NCBI RefSeq assembly: GCF_000189295.2
Contig: NC_016803.1
Location: forward strand, 1,560,001 to 1,592,000
Length of the DNA stretch: 32,000 nucleotides
Direction: 5' to 3'
Source: Pseudodesulfovibrio mercurii
Lineage (GTDB): Bacteria; Desulfobacterota; Desulfovibrionia; Desulfovibrionales; Desulfovibrionaceae
Shown here: positions 22,486-31,485 of the stretch, in pieces
How the letters are laid out: every line of letters starts with the position of its first letter
How positions within the stretch are numbered: the first letter of the stretch is position 1
Program-made: the position numbers and the translations under genes
Notes under the pieces: model-generated
The model's database searches: none
Told to the model about the DNA's origin: nothing
The model's input: only the letters and a program-made list of their open reading frames with translations

Positions 22486-23804
22486 CCCGCCCCCGCCGCC
22501 ACGCCGCCCTCACGCCTTTCGCCCTGGCCCTGGTCCTGTGCCTGGGCCTCGCCCTGGGCCTGCCCGGTCCGGCCCGGGCGGGCCGCGCGCGGGACGACCG
22601 CCTGGGCCCGGCACAGTATGCCGCCGTGACCGAGGCGCGGGAGCTGATGGAACAGGGCGACCCGGCCGGAGCGGCGCAGCGGCTCCTGCCCGTGGCCGAC
22701 GAGGCGCGCCCGCCCCTGGTGGTCCTCGACCACCTGGCCTGGGCCCAGGAGCGGGCCGGTGCCCATGACGCGGCCCTGGTCACCTACCGCAGGGCCGCCG
22801 GTCTCTACCCGAACGACCCCGGCACGGCGCGCAACCTGGGCATCCTGCTGTTCAACCGCCAGCGGTTCGCCGAGGCGGCCCCGGCCCTGGAACGGGCCTA
22901 CGGCCTGCAACCCGAGGAGGGGCGCGAGCCCACCCTGCTGGCCATGGCCGGATCGGCCCAGGCCCGCATGCACCGCTTCCCCCAGGCCCTTGGCCTGCTG
23001 GACCGCGCCGAGACCACCGAGCCCGCCGCGCCCGTGTCCTGGACCGCCATGTCCGCCTACTGCTGCCTGCGACTGGACAGAACGGACGCGGCCCTGGCCC
23101 GCTGCCGCGCCTGCGCCCGACGCCATCCCCGCGACCCGGCGGCCTGGTCCCTGCTCGGCCGGGTCCTGGCCCGCCACGGCGACCCGCTCGCGGCCGCGTC
23201 CGCCCTGGAGACCGCCCGCGCCCTGCGCCCCGACGGCCGGGCCGCGCCGGACGAATACCGTGAGCTGGCCGCCCTGTACGCCCTGGGCCACGCCCACGCC
23301 GAGGCGGCCCGCTGCCTGGCCGCCGCCGACGAGCCCGGCACAACCCTGCGCCGGGCCGAACTGCTCCGCCTGAACGGCCGGAACCGGGAGGCCCTGGAAG
23401 CCCTGGACCGGTTCGACCGGGAGCGGGCCGCAAACACCGCAACCGGCCCGACCGTCACCCCCGAGGACGTCCTGCGGGCCGCCCTGTTGCGCGGCCGCAT
23501 CCTCCGGGACCTGGGCCGCACCGGGGAGGCCGTGGACGGGCTGCTGGCGTCGGCGCGTCCCCCTGCCGCCGATCCGGGGCGGACCGTGCAGCGCCTGCGG
23601 GGAGCCCTCCTGCTCCTGGCCGGGGAGCTGCGCTGGGGCGAGGGCGACTGGACCGGCGCGGCGCGCATCTTCGACGACCTCGCCGCCGTGCCGGGCTACG
23701 CCGACACCGGCGCGTCCCTGGCCGAGGGCATGCGGGCCATGGTCCGCGAGGCCGCCCTAGCCCCGGCCCCGCTCTCCCCCTCGTCGTTGACAGCCGCGCC
23801 CTGA
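22482..23804 (+). CDS. Exported tetratricopeptide-repeat protein (TtpD-like last gene of the TonB2-type cluster)
   Basis: 440 aa (ATGA overlap). Signal peptide ...LALVLCLGLALGLPGPARA. Repeated Ala/Leu/Arg-rich helical pairs such as AEAAPALERAYGLQPEE and PLAAASALETARALRPD. Confidence 0.7.
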   Translation: MTRPRRHAALTPFALALVLCLGLALGLPGPARAGRARDDRLGPAQYAAVTEARELMEQGDPAGAAQRLLPVADEARPPLVVLDHLAWAQERAGAHDAALVTYRRAAGLYPNDPGTARNLGILLFNRQRFAEAAPALERAYGLQPEEGREPTLLAMAGSAQARMHRFPQALGLLDRAETTEPAAPVSWTAMSAYCCLRLDRTDAALARCRACARRHPRDPAAWSLLGRVLARHGDPLAAASALETARALRPDGRAAPDEYRELAALYALGHAHAEAARCLAAADEPGTTLRRAELLRLNGRNREALEALDRFDRERAANTATGPTVTPEDVLRAALLRGRILRDLGRTGEAVDGLLASARPPAADPGRTVQRLRGALLLLAGELRWGEGDWTGAARIFDDLAAVPGYADTGASLAEGMRAMVREAALAPAPLSPSSLTAAP

Positions 23805-23972
23805 CCGGTTCCTTTCCGCCCCGCCGCGAGACGGCGGATACGCCCGCATCCCGGCGCATATCACCGTTTCCCGCCCCGAGCCGCCAACATTCCCTTGACA
23901 ACGAGCCCTTTCCGGCCCGATGGATGAATTCTGCGGTTCCTCGTCGAAACCCATGGACAGTCGAGGTATGCC

Positions 23973-24812
23973 ATGGCCGCTCGTTCCCGATCCCGACCCG
24001 GCGGAAGACGCCATCCCGGACGCGTGGTTCACGGCGTCCCGCCCCTGTCCGCGCCGCCGCCCGCCGCACAGCTCGACGACCTGGCCGACACCGTGGCCAG
24101 GGAGCGCATGGAGCGCTTCGCCTCGGCCCTGCTTCCGGGGTTGCTGCTGGAGGGCGAAGGCGGTCCGGACGAGGGCTCCGGCCCCCGGATCAAGGACCTC
24201 TGCCTGGCCGTGCGCGACGCCTACGACCGGCTCGACGCCCTGTTCGCCGAGCTGACCCTGGACCCGCCCCTGGCCTGCAAGGCGGGGTGCGTCCACTGCT
24301 GCTGCAACCAGGTGGCCCTGACCGAACCCGAGGCCCTGTTCCTGGGCCAATATCTGCTGGAAACGCGCGACAGGGGGCGGCTCCTGGACCTGGAAACCCG
24401 GACGCGGGCCCTGGTCGAGGACCTCAAGGGCAAGAGCTGGCAGGACATCGGCATGATCCGGCACCGGCTACCCTGCCTGTTCCTGGAAAACGGCGGATGC
24501 TCGGTCTACCCCGCCCGTCCCCTGGCCTGCCGGGGCTGGAACTCGGTGGACGTGGGCCGCTGCGTGCAGAGCAACCTGTCGGAAAACGCCCTGACCATGA
24601 TCGAGAACCACCCCATCGTCCGGCGGCTGGCCGACGCCGTCCAGAACGGCCTGCTGCGCGGCGCCGCCGCCCTGAACCTCGAGGCGGGCTACCTGCTCAT
24701 GGCCCGCGCCGTGCTCCTCCTGCTCGAAGGCGGCGCGGAACGAGGAGTGCTCGACCGCACGGCCGACTGGTTGCGCGGCGCCCCGTTCTTCGGCCGCAAG
24801 CGGACATGGTGA
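23973..24812 (+). CDS. YkgJ-family Cys-cluster protein (putative Fe-S/Zn protein, UPF0153-like)
   Basis: 279 aa. The CKAGCVHCCCN motif (CxxCxxCC) plus the downstream CLFLENGGCSVYPARPLACRGW match the YkgJ/flagellin-N-methylase-type cysteine cluster. The start is uncertain (ATG 23973 after GAGG). Confidence 0.65.
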   Translation: MAARSRSRPGGRRHPGRVVHGVPPLSAPPPAAQLDDLADTVARERMERFASALLPGLLLEGEGGPDEGSGPRIKDLCLAVRDAYDRLDALFAELTLDPPLACKAGCVHCCCNQVALTEPEALFLGQYLLETRDRGRLLDLETRTRALVEDLKGKSWQDIGMIRHRLPCLFLENGGCSVYPARPLACRGWNSVDVGRCVQSNLSENALTMIENHPIVRRLADAVQNGLLRGAAALNLEAGYLLMARAVLLLLEGGAERGVLDRTADWLRGAPFFGRKRTW

Positions 24813-25102
24813 GCCCCGGCCCGAGGCCCCGCCACCGGGAACGCCGGGCCGGACCGGCGGCTGCACCGAATCGTCAACCGCCCCGGCCAAATCCATAAGA
24901 CTTTCTTCTGCGATCCACGCCCAGCGCCCCGGACGACCGCACAAGCCATAAGCAAGCGAAAACCGTTCGCCATCGGCAGCCAATTATTTATCAAAAATGG
25001 AAAGTATTGTCCCATTTTTGGCATTTTTCATCCGGCTTATTGCCGCAAAATGTAAATTCTGCCCATCGCGCGCCCTCAGCCAACGGTGTTGCTGATGTAG
25101 TC

Positions 25103-25117
25103 ATAAGTAAAACTTAT
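25103..25117. promoter_or_regulatory. Perfect dyad ATAAGT-aaa-ACTTAT (T-N11-A LysR-box format), about 200 nt upstream of the creatinase gene
   Basis: Read directly. Flanked symmetrically by CAACGGTG (25081-25088) and its complement CACCGTTG (25130-25137). The only LysR-family gene in the window is 30574-31485. Confidence 0.35.
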
Positions 25118-25323
25118 TTTACGGGCGCGCACCGTTGCACAGTCGCTCGGAACATCTCCGGAAAAGTAAAATACTACATGAATTAAATCAGTATGTTGTG
25201 ATTGCTTATGGCTTACAGTCGGCAAATCCGGCCCCGGTTCCGCGGGGTTCAGGCCTGCCCGTTGCAGAGAAGGGGGCAAACGCAGGCGCATCCGCCCGCA
25301 ACAAATACCTGGAGGAACCGAAA

Positions 25324-26532
25324 ATGGATATGGTCGATGTTTTGGAGATAAAGAACGGCAACAGGGTCAAGGGGACCTTTTCCAGCGCCGAGATGCAGCG
25401 CCGCATGGACTCCCTGCGGGCCTACATGGCCAGGGAGAGCGTGGACGCCATCCTCTTCACCTCCATACACAATATCAATTACTACAGTGACTTTCTCTAC
25501 ACCTCCTTCGGCCGGTTCTTCGGACTGACCGTCACCCAGACGAACTCCACGACCATCAGCGCCAACATCGACTACGGTCAGCCCTACCGGCGCAGCTTCG
25601 GCGAGAACATCGTCTACACGGACTGGAGCAAGGACAACTATTTCAAGGCGATCAAGAAGCTGCTGGCCGGAAGCAAGCGCATCGGCATCGAGTTCGACCA
25701 CATCTCCGTGCAGAACCGCAGCAAGCTCGACGCCATCTTCCCGGGCGCGGAATTCGTGGACATCAGCGAGGGCGTCATGCGCATGCGCATGATCAAGTCC
25801 CAGGAGGAGATCGACCTGATCACCATCGGGGCCAACGTGGCCGACATCGGCGGCGCGGCCTGCGCGGCGGCCGTGGGCGAGGGCGTGCCCGAGCACGAGG
25901 TGGCCCTGGCCTCCACCAACGCCATGGTCCGCGAGATCGCCCGCCGGGTGCCGCACGGCGAGCTGCGCGACACCTGGACCTGGTTCCAGTCCGGAATCAA
26001 CACCGACGGCGCGCACAACCCGGTGACCAGCCGCCGCATCCAGAAGGGCGACATCCTCAGCCTGAACTGCTTCCCCATGATCGCGGGCTACTACACCGCC
26101 CTGGAGCGCACCCTGTTCTTCGGCGAGCCCTCGCCCCGCGCCCTGGAACTGTGGGAGTTCAACTGCGCGGTCTACCGCAAGGGGCTGACCCTGATCAAAC
26201 CGGGCGTCCGCTGCTGCGACATCGCCGCCGAACTCAACGAGATGTATGCGGAAAAGGGCCTGCTGGCCAACCGGACCTTCGGCTACGGCCACTCCTTCGG
26301 CGTGCTCAGCCACTACTACGGCCGCGAGGCCGGGCTGGAGATCCGCGAGGACATCGAGACCGTGCTCGAACCGAACATGGTCATCTCCATGGAGCCCATG
26401 ATCACCATCTCCGAGGGCGAGGACGGCGCGGGCGGCTACCGCGAGCACGACATCCTGGTCGTGACCGAGGACGGCGCGCGCGACATCACCGGCTTCCCCA
26501 CGGGCCCGGAACACAACATCATCAAGGCCTAA
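25324..26532 (+). CDS. Creatinase (creatine amidinohydrolase, M24 family with creatinase N-domain)
   Basis: Trimmed from ORF 25135-26532 to the ATG at 25324 with GGAGGA 7 nt upstream, giving 402 aa. Long near-identical runs to remembered Pseudomonas putida creatinase: FTS.HNINYYSDFLY, IVYTDW..DNYF, MRMRMIKS.EE, DTWTWFQSGINTDGAHNPVT, KGDILSLNCFPMIAGYYTALERTLF, RTFGYGHSFG.LSHYYGREAGLE.REDI.TVLEP, GAGGYREHDIL. Confidence 0.9.
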   Translation: MDMVDVLEIKNGNRVKGTFSSAEMQRRMDSLRAYMARESVDAILFTSIHNINYYSDFLYTSFGRFFGLTVTQTNSTTISANIDYGQPYRRSFGENIVYTDWSKDNYFKAIKKLLAGSKRIGIEFDHISVQNRSKLDAIFPGAEFVDISEGVMRMRMIKSQEEIDLITIGANVADIGGAACAAAVGEGVPEHEVALASTNAMVREIARRVPHGELRDTWTWFQSGINTDGAHNPVTSRRIQKGDILSLNCFPMIAGYYTALERTLFFGEPSPRALELWEFNCAVYRKGLTLIKPGVRCCDIAAELNEMYAEKGLLANRTFGYGHSFGVLSHYYGREAGLEIREDIETVLEPNMVISMEPMITISEGEDGAGGYREHDILVVTEDGARDITGFPTGPEHNIIKA

Positions 26533-26550
26533 CCCGCCCGGAACACCGAA

Positions 26551-27453
26551 ATGAACGCCGCCCTGCCCGCCCTCGCAACCATCCTCATGTGGAGCTCCCT
26601 GGCCCTGCTCACGGACCGGATCTCGCACCTCCCGCCGCTCCTCTCGGTGGGACTGGTCCTGACCGTGTGCGGGCTGGCCGGAGCCGTGCGCCTGCGGCAC
26701 TGGAAGGTCTCGCCCGCCACGTGGCTCGTGGGCGTGGGCGGCATCTTCGGATACCACTTCCTGCTCTTCGCGGCCTTCGGGCGAGCCCCGGCCGTGGAGG
26801 CGAACATGATCCAGTACCTCTGGCCCCTGTTCATCGTCCTGTTCACGCCCCTGTTCCTGCCCGGCCACAGGCTGACGCCCGGCCACCTGCTCGGCGCGGC
26901 CCTCGGCCTGGCGGGCGCGGGGCTGATCGTCACCGGCGGACGGCTGGGGCTGCGCATGGAGTATCTGCCCGGCTACCTCTGCGCCCTGGGCGCGGCCGTG
27001 ATCTGGGCCTGCTACTCCCTCGGGACCAAGCGGCTGCCCCCCTTCCCGTCGTCGGCGGTGGGCGGCTTCTGCCTGGTCTCGGGGCTGCTGTCCCTGGCCC
27101 TGCACTTCGCCACCGACGGGCCGGGACCGGCGCCGTCGTCCGGGGACTGGCTGATCGTCCTGCTGCTCGGCTGCGGCCCCATGGGCGCGGCCTTCTACAC
27201 CTGGGACGCGGCCATGAAGCGGGGCGATCCGCGCATGATCGGAGCCCTGGCCTACCTGACCCCCATGCTGTCCACCCTGCTGCTCGTGGCCGTGAACGGC
27301 AGGCCGTTCACCGTCCTGCACGGGGCGGCGGTCGTGCTGGTCACGGGCGGGGCCGTGGTCGGGTCCCTGGACTCCCTGCGCCCGCTCTTCGCCAACCTCT
27401 GCGCCGGACGCCGCCGGGCGTGGGCCGGATCATCGGCCAGACCGAGGAAGTAA
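26551..27453 (+). CDS. DMT-superfamily (EamA-like) membrane transporter
   Basis: 300 aa with about ten hydrophobic helices in two similar halves. Gly/Ala/Leu-rich composition is typical of EamA-domain permeases. Confidence 0.75.
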   Translation: MNAALPALATILMWSSLALLTDRISHLPPLLSVGLVLTVCGLAGAVRLRHWKVSPATWLVGVGGIFGYHFLLFAAFGRAPAVEANMIQYLWPLFIVLFTPLFLPGHRLTPGHLLGAALGLAGAGLIVTGGRLGLRMEYLPGYLCALGAAVIWACYSLGTKRLPPFPSSAVGGFCLVSGLLSLALHFATDGPGPAPSSGDWLIVLLLGCGPMGAAFYTWDAAMKRGDPRMIGALAYLTPMLSTLLLVAVNGRPFTVLHGAAVVLVTGGAVVGSLDSLRPLFANLCAGRRRAWAGSSARPRK

Positions 27454-27507
27454 TCGACCTTTGCCAAGAACCCTATGAGAGAGAAACCGTTTTACAGGAG
27501 AGTTGTC

Positions 27508-28359
27508 ATGATTCGTGGATTCAAATTCGTTGCCCTCATGCTGGCATGCTTCTTGATGCTGGGCGTACAGGCCCAGGCCAAGGATCTGCTCAGCGAAGTC
27601 AAGGAACGCGGCGAACTGGTCGTCGCCACCGAAGCGCGCTTCGCCCCGTTCGAGATGCTCAAGGACGGGAAGATCGTCGGCTACAGCAAGGACCTGCTGG
27701 ACGAGATCATGAAGGATCTGCCCGGCGTCAAACTCAACCAGCTGGACCTCCCCTACCAGGGCATCCTGGCGGGCCTGGTCGCCAAGCGGTACGACTTCGT
27801 GTGCACCTCGCTGACCATCACCAAGGAACGGGCGGCCAAGTACGCCTTCACCCTGCCCTTCTCCACCGCCGCCCTGACCATCGTCAAGCGGGCCGGTGAC
27901 GACTCCATCAAGTCCGGCGAGGACATGGCCGGACGGATCATCGGCATCCAGGCGGGCGCCGCCCCCTACTTCACCGCCCTGAAGGACTACGAGAAGGAAG
28001 TCCTGATTCCCAAGTACGGCAAGGGCGTGGCCGAGCTCCAGGAGTTTATCTCCAGCGACGACGCCTACGCCGCCCTGGCCGGCAAGCGGGTGGACGCGGT
28101 CATCAACACCGTCCCGAACCTGGCCCCGCTGGTCAAGGAGCGCCCGGACGTCTTCGAGATCGTCATGCCGCCCTTCGGCCCGCCGACCTACTTCGCCTGG
28201 GCCGGACGCAAGGACGCGGAGAGCGCCTCCCTGGTCCAGTTCTTCAGCGACAGCATCCGCAAGCTGAACGAGAACGGCAAGATGGCCGAGCTCCAGAAGA
28301 AGTGGTTCGGGTTCACCATGGACGTGCCCATGGACAAGGTGCCGGAACCGGTCAACTAG
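27508..28359 (+). CDS. Periplasmic substrate-binding protein, polar amino acid ABC family (SBP family 3)
   Basis: Trimmed to the ATG at 27508 with AGGAG 7 nt upstream. Signal peptide MIRGFKFVALMLACFLMLGVQAQA. G.LVVATEA.FAPFE... and D.VINTVPN patterns are typical of HisJ/GlnH-like proteins. Confidence 0.85.
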   Translation: MIRGFKFVALMLACFLMLGVQAQAKDLLSEVKERGELVVATEARFAPFEMLKDGKIVGYSKDLLDEIMKDLPGVKLNQLDLPYQGILAGLVAKRYDFVCTSLTITKERAAKYAFTLPFSTAALTIVKRAGDDSIKSGEDMAGRIIGIQAGAAPYFTALKDYEKEVLIPKYGKGVAELQEFISSDDAYAALAGKRVDAVINTVPNLAPLVKERPDVFEIVMPPFGPPTYFAWAGRKDAESASLVQFFSDSIRKLNENGKMAELQKKWFGFTMDVPMDKVPEPVN

Positions 28360-28371
28360 CAGGCAACCGGC

Positions 28372-28403
28372 CTCCCCGGAGGGCAGCCCGCCCTCCGGGG
28401 GAG
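28372..28403 (+). promoter_or_regulatory. GC-rich stem-loop after the binding-protein gene
   Basis: CTCCCCGGAGGGC-agcc-GCCCTCCGGGGGAG, a 13-bp stem with one bulged G. Lies 13 nt after the stop at 28359. Only a weak T-run follows. Likely an intercistronic attenuator or stabiliser. Confidence 0.5.
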
Positions 28404-28435
28404 CCGCAACGTTTCAACGCGACGAAAGGCAAGGC

Positions 28436-29086
28436 ATGTTCGACTTCACCATCATATGGGGACACATCCCGGAGCTCATGGTCGGGGCCTGGCGGACGCT
28501 TTGGATATCCTTCGTGTCCATCATCATCGGCTTCGTCATCGGCCACCTGCTCTGCTTCGGCCGGTTCTCCGAGCACCGCCTGCTCAAGCGGTCCATCACG
28601 GCCTACGTGAGCTTCTTCCGGGGCACGCCCCTGCTGGTCCAGCTGGCCATCATCTTCTATTTCCTGCCCCTGTTCGGCATCTTCATCCCCTCTGTGGCCG
28701 CGGCCATCATCGCCCTGTCCATGAACACCGCCGCCTTCCAGTCGGAGATCCTGCGCGGCGGGTTCCAGTCCATGCCCCACGGGCAGATCGAGGCGGCCCG
28801 CGACTTGGGCCTGACCACCTGGCAGATCCGCCTGCACATCCAGATTCCGCAGGTCTTCCGGGCCACGCTCCCGGCCCTGGTCAACGAGTCCATCGACATC
28901 CTCAAGAACTCCGCGCTCATCTCGACCATCGCCGTGACCGACCTGATGCGCATCTCCCAGACCCTGGCCTCCACCACCTTCCGGCCCATCGAGTTCTTCC
29001 TGGCCGCCGGGGCCATGTATTTCGTCATGACCTACTCCATCAGCCACCTCGGCGTCGTGCTCGAGCGCAGGCTGAAAAGGACATAG
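28436..29086 (+). CDS. Amino acid ABC transporter permease (HisM/GlnP family)
   Basis: 216 aa. [10 protein letters not shown] and [21 protein letters not shown] motifs. Confidence 0.85.
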   Translation: MFDFTIIWGHIPELMVGAWRTLWISFVSIIIGFVIGHLLCFGRFSEHRLLKRSITAYVSFFRGTPLLVQLAIIFYFLPLFGIFIPSVAAAIIALSMNTAAFQSEILRGGFQSMPHGQIEAARDLGLTTWQIRLHIQIPQVFRATLPALVNESIDILKNSALISTIAVTDLMRISQTLASTTFRPIEFFLAAGAMYFVMTYSISHLGVVLERRLKRT

Positions 29087-29094
29087 GCGGCACC

Positions 29095-29774
29095 ATGTTC
29101 GACGTCTCCATCATCCTCGAATACTACCCGCTCTTCCTCAAGGGGCTGGTCTACACCGTCCTGGTCTGCGCCGCGGGCATCCTCGGCGGGCTGGCCTGGG
29201 GGCTGGTCCTGTACGCCGCCGGGCGCGCGAACCTCAAGTTCCTGCGCGCGGCCTGCCGCCTCTACGTGAACATCTTCCGGGGGACCCCGCTCCTGGTCCA
29301 GCTCTTCCTGCTCTTCTACGGCGGCCCGCTCTTCGGCCTGCGCCTGTCGGCCATCGCCACGGGCATCCTCGGCCTGGCCGCCTACGGCGGGGCCTACTTC
29401 GCCGAGATCTACCGGGCCGGATTCCAGAGCATCCCCCCCGGACAGATCGAGGCGGCCCGCGACCTGGGCCTGTCCCGGTGGCAGATCGTCCGGCACATCC
29501 AGCTGCCCCAGATGCTCACCCTGATCCTGCCGCCCCTGACCAACCAGGCGATCATCATCGTCAAGGAATCGGCCATCCTGTCCATCATCACCGTGCCCGA
29601 GCTGACCACCGCGGCGGTCAAGGTCTCGACCACGACCTTCTCCATCGTCGAGCCCTACCTGCTCCTGGCCGCGGCCTACTGGCTCATCGTCCAGGGCATC
29701 TCCATGGGCGGCCGGGCCTGGGAGGCCCGGCAGATGGTCTATCTCGCCCGTCAACCTCAAGCCCCGGAAAAGCC

Positions 29775-29778
<4 letters not shown>
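29095..29778 (+). CDS. Amino acid ABC transporter permease (HisQ/GlnP family)
   Basis: Trimmed from ORF 28456-29778 to the ATG at 29095 ([17 protein letters not shown]...), giving 227 aa. [10 protein letters not shown] and [21 protein letters not shown] motifs. Confidence 0.85.
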
Positions 29779-30572
<794 letters not shown>

Positions 30573-30573
30573 T

Positions 30574-31485
30574 ATGGAAAAACTCAAGTCCCTGGACAGC
30601 CTGCGTTTCTTTTCCGCCGCCGCGCGCAACCTGAGCTTCACCGGCGCCGCCGCCGAGCTGGGCATCTCCCAGAGCGCGGTCAGCCAGCAGGTGGCCAAGC
30701 TGGAGGCCGGGATCGGCTTCAGGCTCTTCGAACGCCGCGCGCGGGGGCTGGCCCTGACCGACAAGGGGGCCCGGCTGTGGACCGCCGTGCGCGAAGGGCT
30801 GGGGCGCATCGAGCAGACCCTCCAGGAGCTCGACGACACGCGCCAGCTGGCCCAGATGACCGTGCGCGCCCTGCCGTCCTTCGCCGCCCGCTGGCTGCTG
30901 CCCAGGGTCATCAAGCTGCGCCAGTGGGCCCCGGAGCTGAACATCGTGGTCGATGCGGACCTGGCCCGGCCCGACTTCCTGCACGACGGGGTGGACGTGG
31001 CCTTCACCTACGGCAAGACCGACCACCCCGAATGGGACCAGAGCTTCCTGTTCCACGACGCCATCTTTCCGGTGTGCACGCCCGACTTCATGCGCGAGCA
31101 CGCCCTGAACACCCCCAGGGACCTGCGCGGGGGCTACCTGCTGCACGACTCCGTGCCCCAGGCCATCTACAGCACCAACTGGGACGCCTGGTTCGCGGCC
31201 CTGGGCATGTCCCTGCCCCAGGACGGCGCGGGACCGGCCTTCAGCACCCTGGCCATGGTCTGCGAGAGCGCCCTGGCCGGGCAGGGCGTGGCCCTGAGCC
31301 GCTATTCCCTGGTGGCCGACGACCTGGCCGCCGGGCGGCTGGTCCGGCCCTTCGAGCAGGTCACCCTGGAGGACGGCTTCTACCTGGCCTGCCCCAAGTC
31401 GAGCCTGAAGCGCGTGGCCATCCGCAAGTTCTACGAATGGGCCAAGGAACAGGCCGCGCTCTTCCGGGGAGGGATGGTCTTTTGA
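30574..31485 (+). CDS. LysR-family transcriptional regulator (GcvA-like subgroup)
   Basis: 303 aa. N-terminal wHTH FFSAAARNLSFTGAAAELGISQSAVSQQVAKLE. Starts 1 nt after the ATPase stop and is co-directional with the flanking genes. Confidence 0.9.
   Translation: MEKLKSLDSLRFFSAAARNLSFTGAAAELGISQSAVSQQVAKLEAGIGFRLFERRARGLALTDKGARLWTAVREGLGRIEQTLQELDDTRQLAQMTVRALPSFAARWLLPRVIKLRQWAPELNIVVDADLARPDFLHDGVDVAFTYGKTDHPEWDQSFLFHDAIFPVCTPDFMREHALNTPRDLRGGYLLHDSVPQAIYSTNWDAWFAALGMSLPQDGAGPAFSTLAMVCESALAGQGVALSRYSLVADDLAAGRLVRPFEQVTLEDGFYLACPKSSLKRVAIRKFYEWAKEQAALFRGGMVF

Noticed and set aside
23895-23930. Perfect TTGACA at 23895-23900 as the -35 of a promoter for the YkgJ-like gene
   Set aside because: No acceptable -10 hexamer lies at 16-19 nt spacing (CGATGG/GATGGA/ATGGAT). 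Left uncalled.
24993-25019. AAAAATGG-N11-CCATTTTT inverted repeat downstream of the YkgJ-like gene as a bidirectional terminator
   Set aside because: The stem is almost entirely A/T (predicted weak) and lies 180 nt past the stop. I kept it only as a note. It may simply be part of the AT-rich promoter region of the creatinase gene.
25015-25050. TTGGCATTTTTCATCC and GGCTTATTGCCGCA as sigma-54 promoter candidates for the creatinase operon
   Set aside because: Neither has GC at the correct 10-nt distance from the GG. The spacing is off by one or the -12 element is missing.
25249-27321. 690-aa minus-strand ORF spanning the creatinase and DMT genes
   Set aside because: Arg/Gly/Pro/Ala/His/Gln low-complexity translation crossing two well-supported plus-strand genes and their spacer. 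This is a GC-driven open frame.
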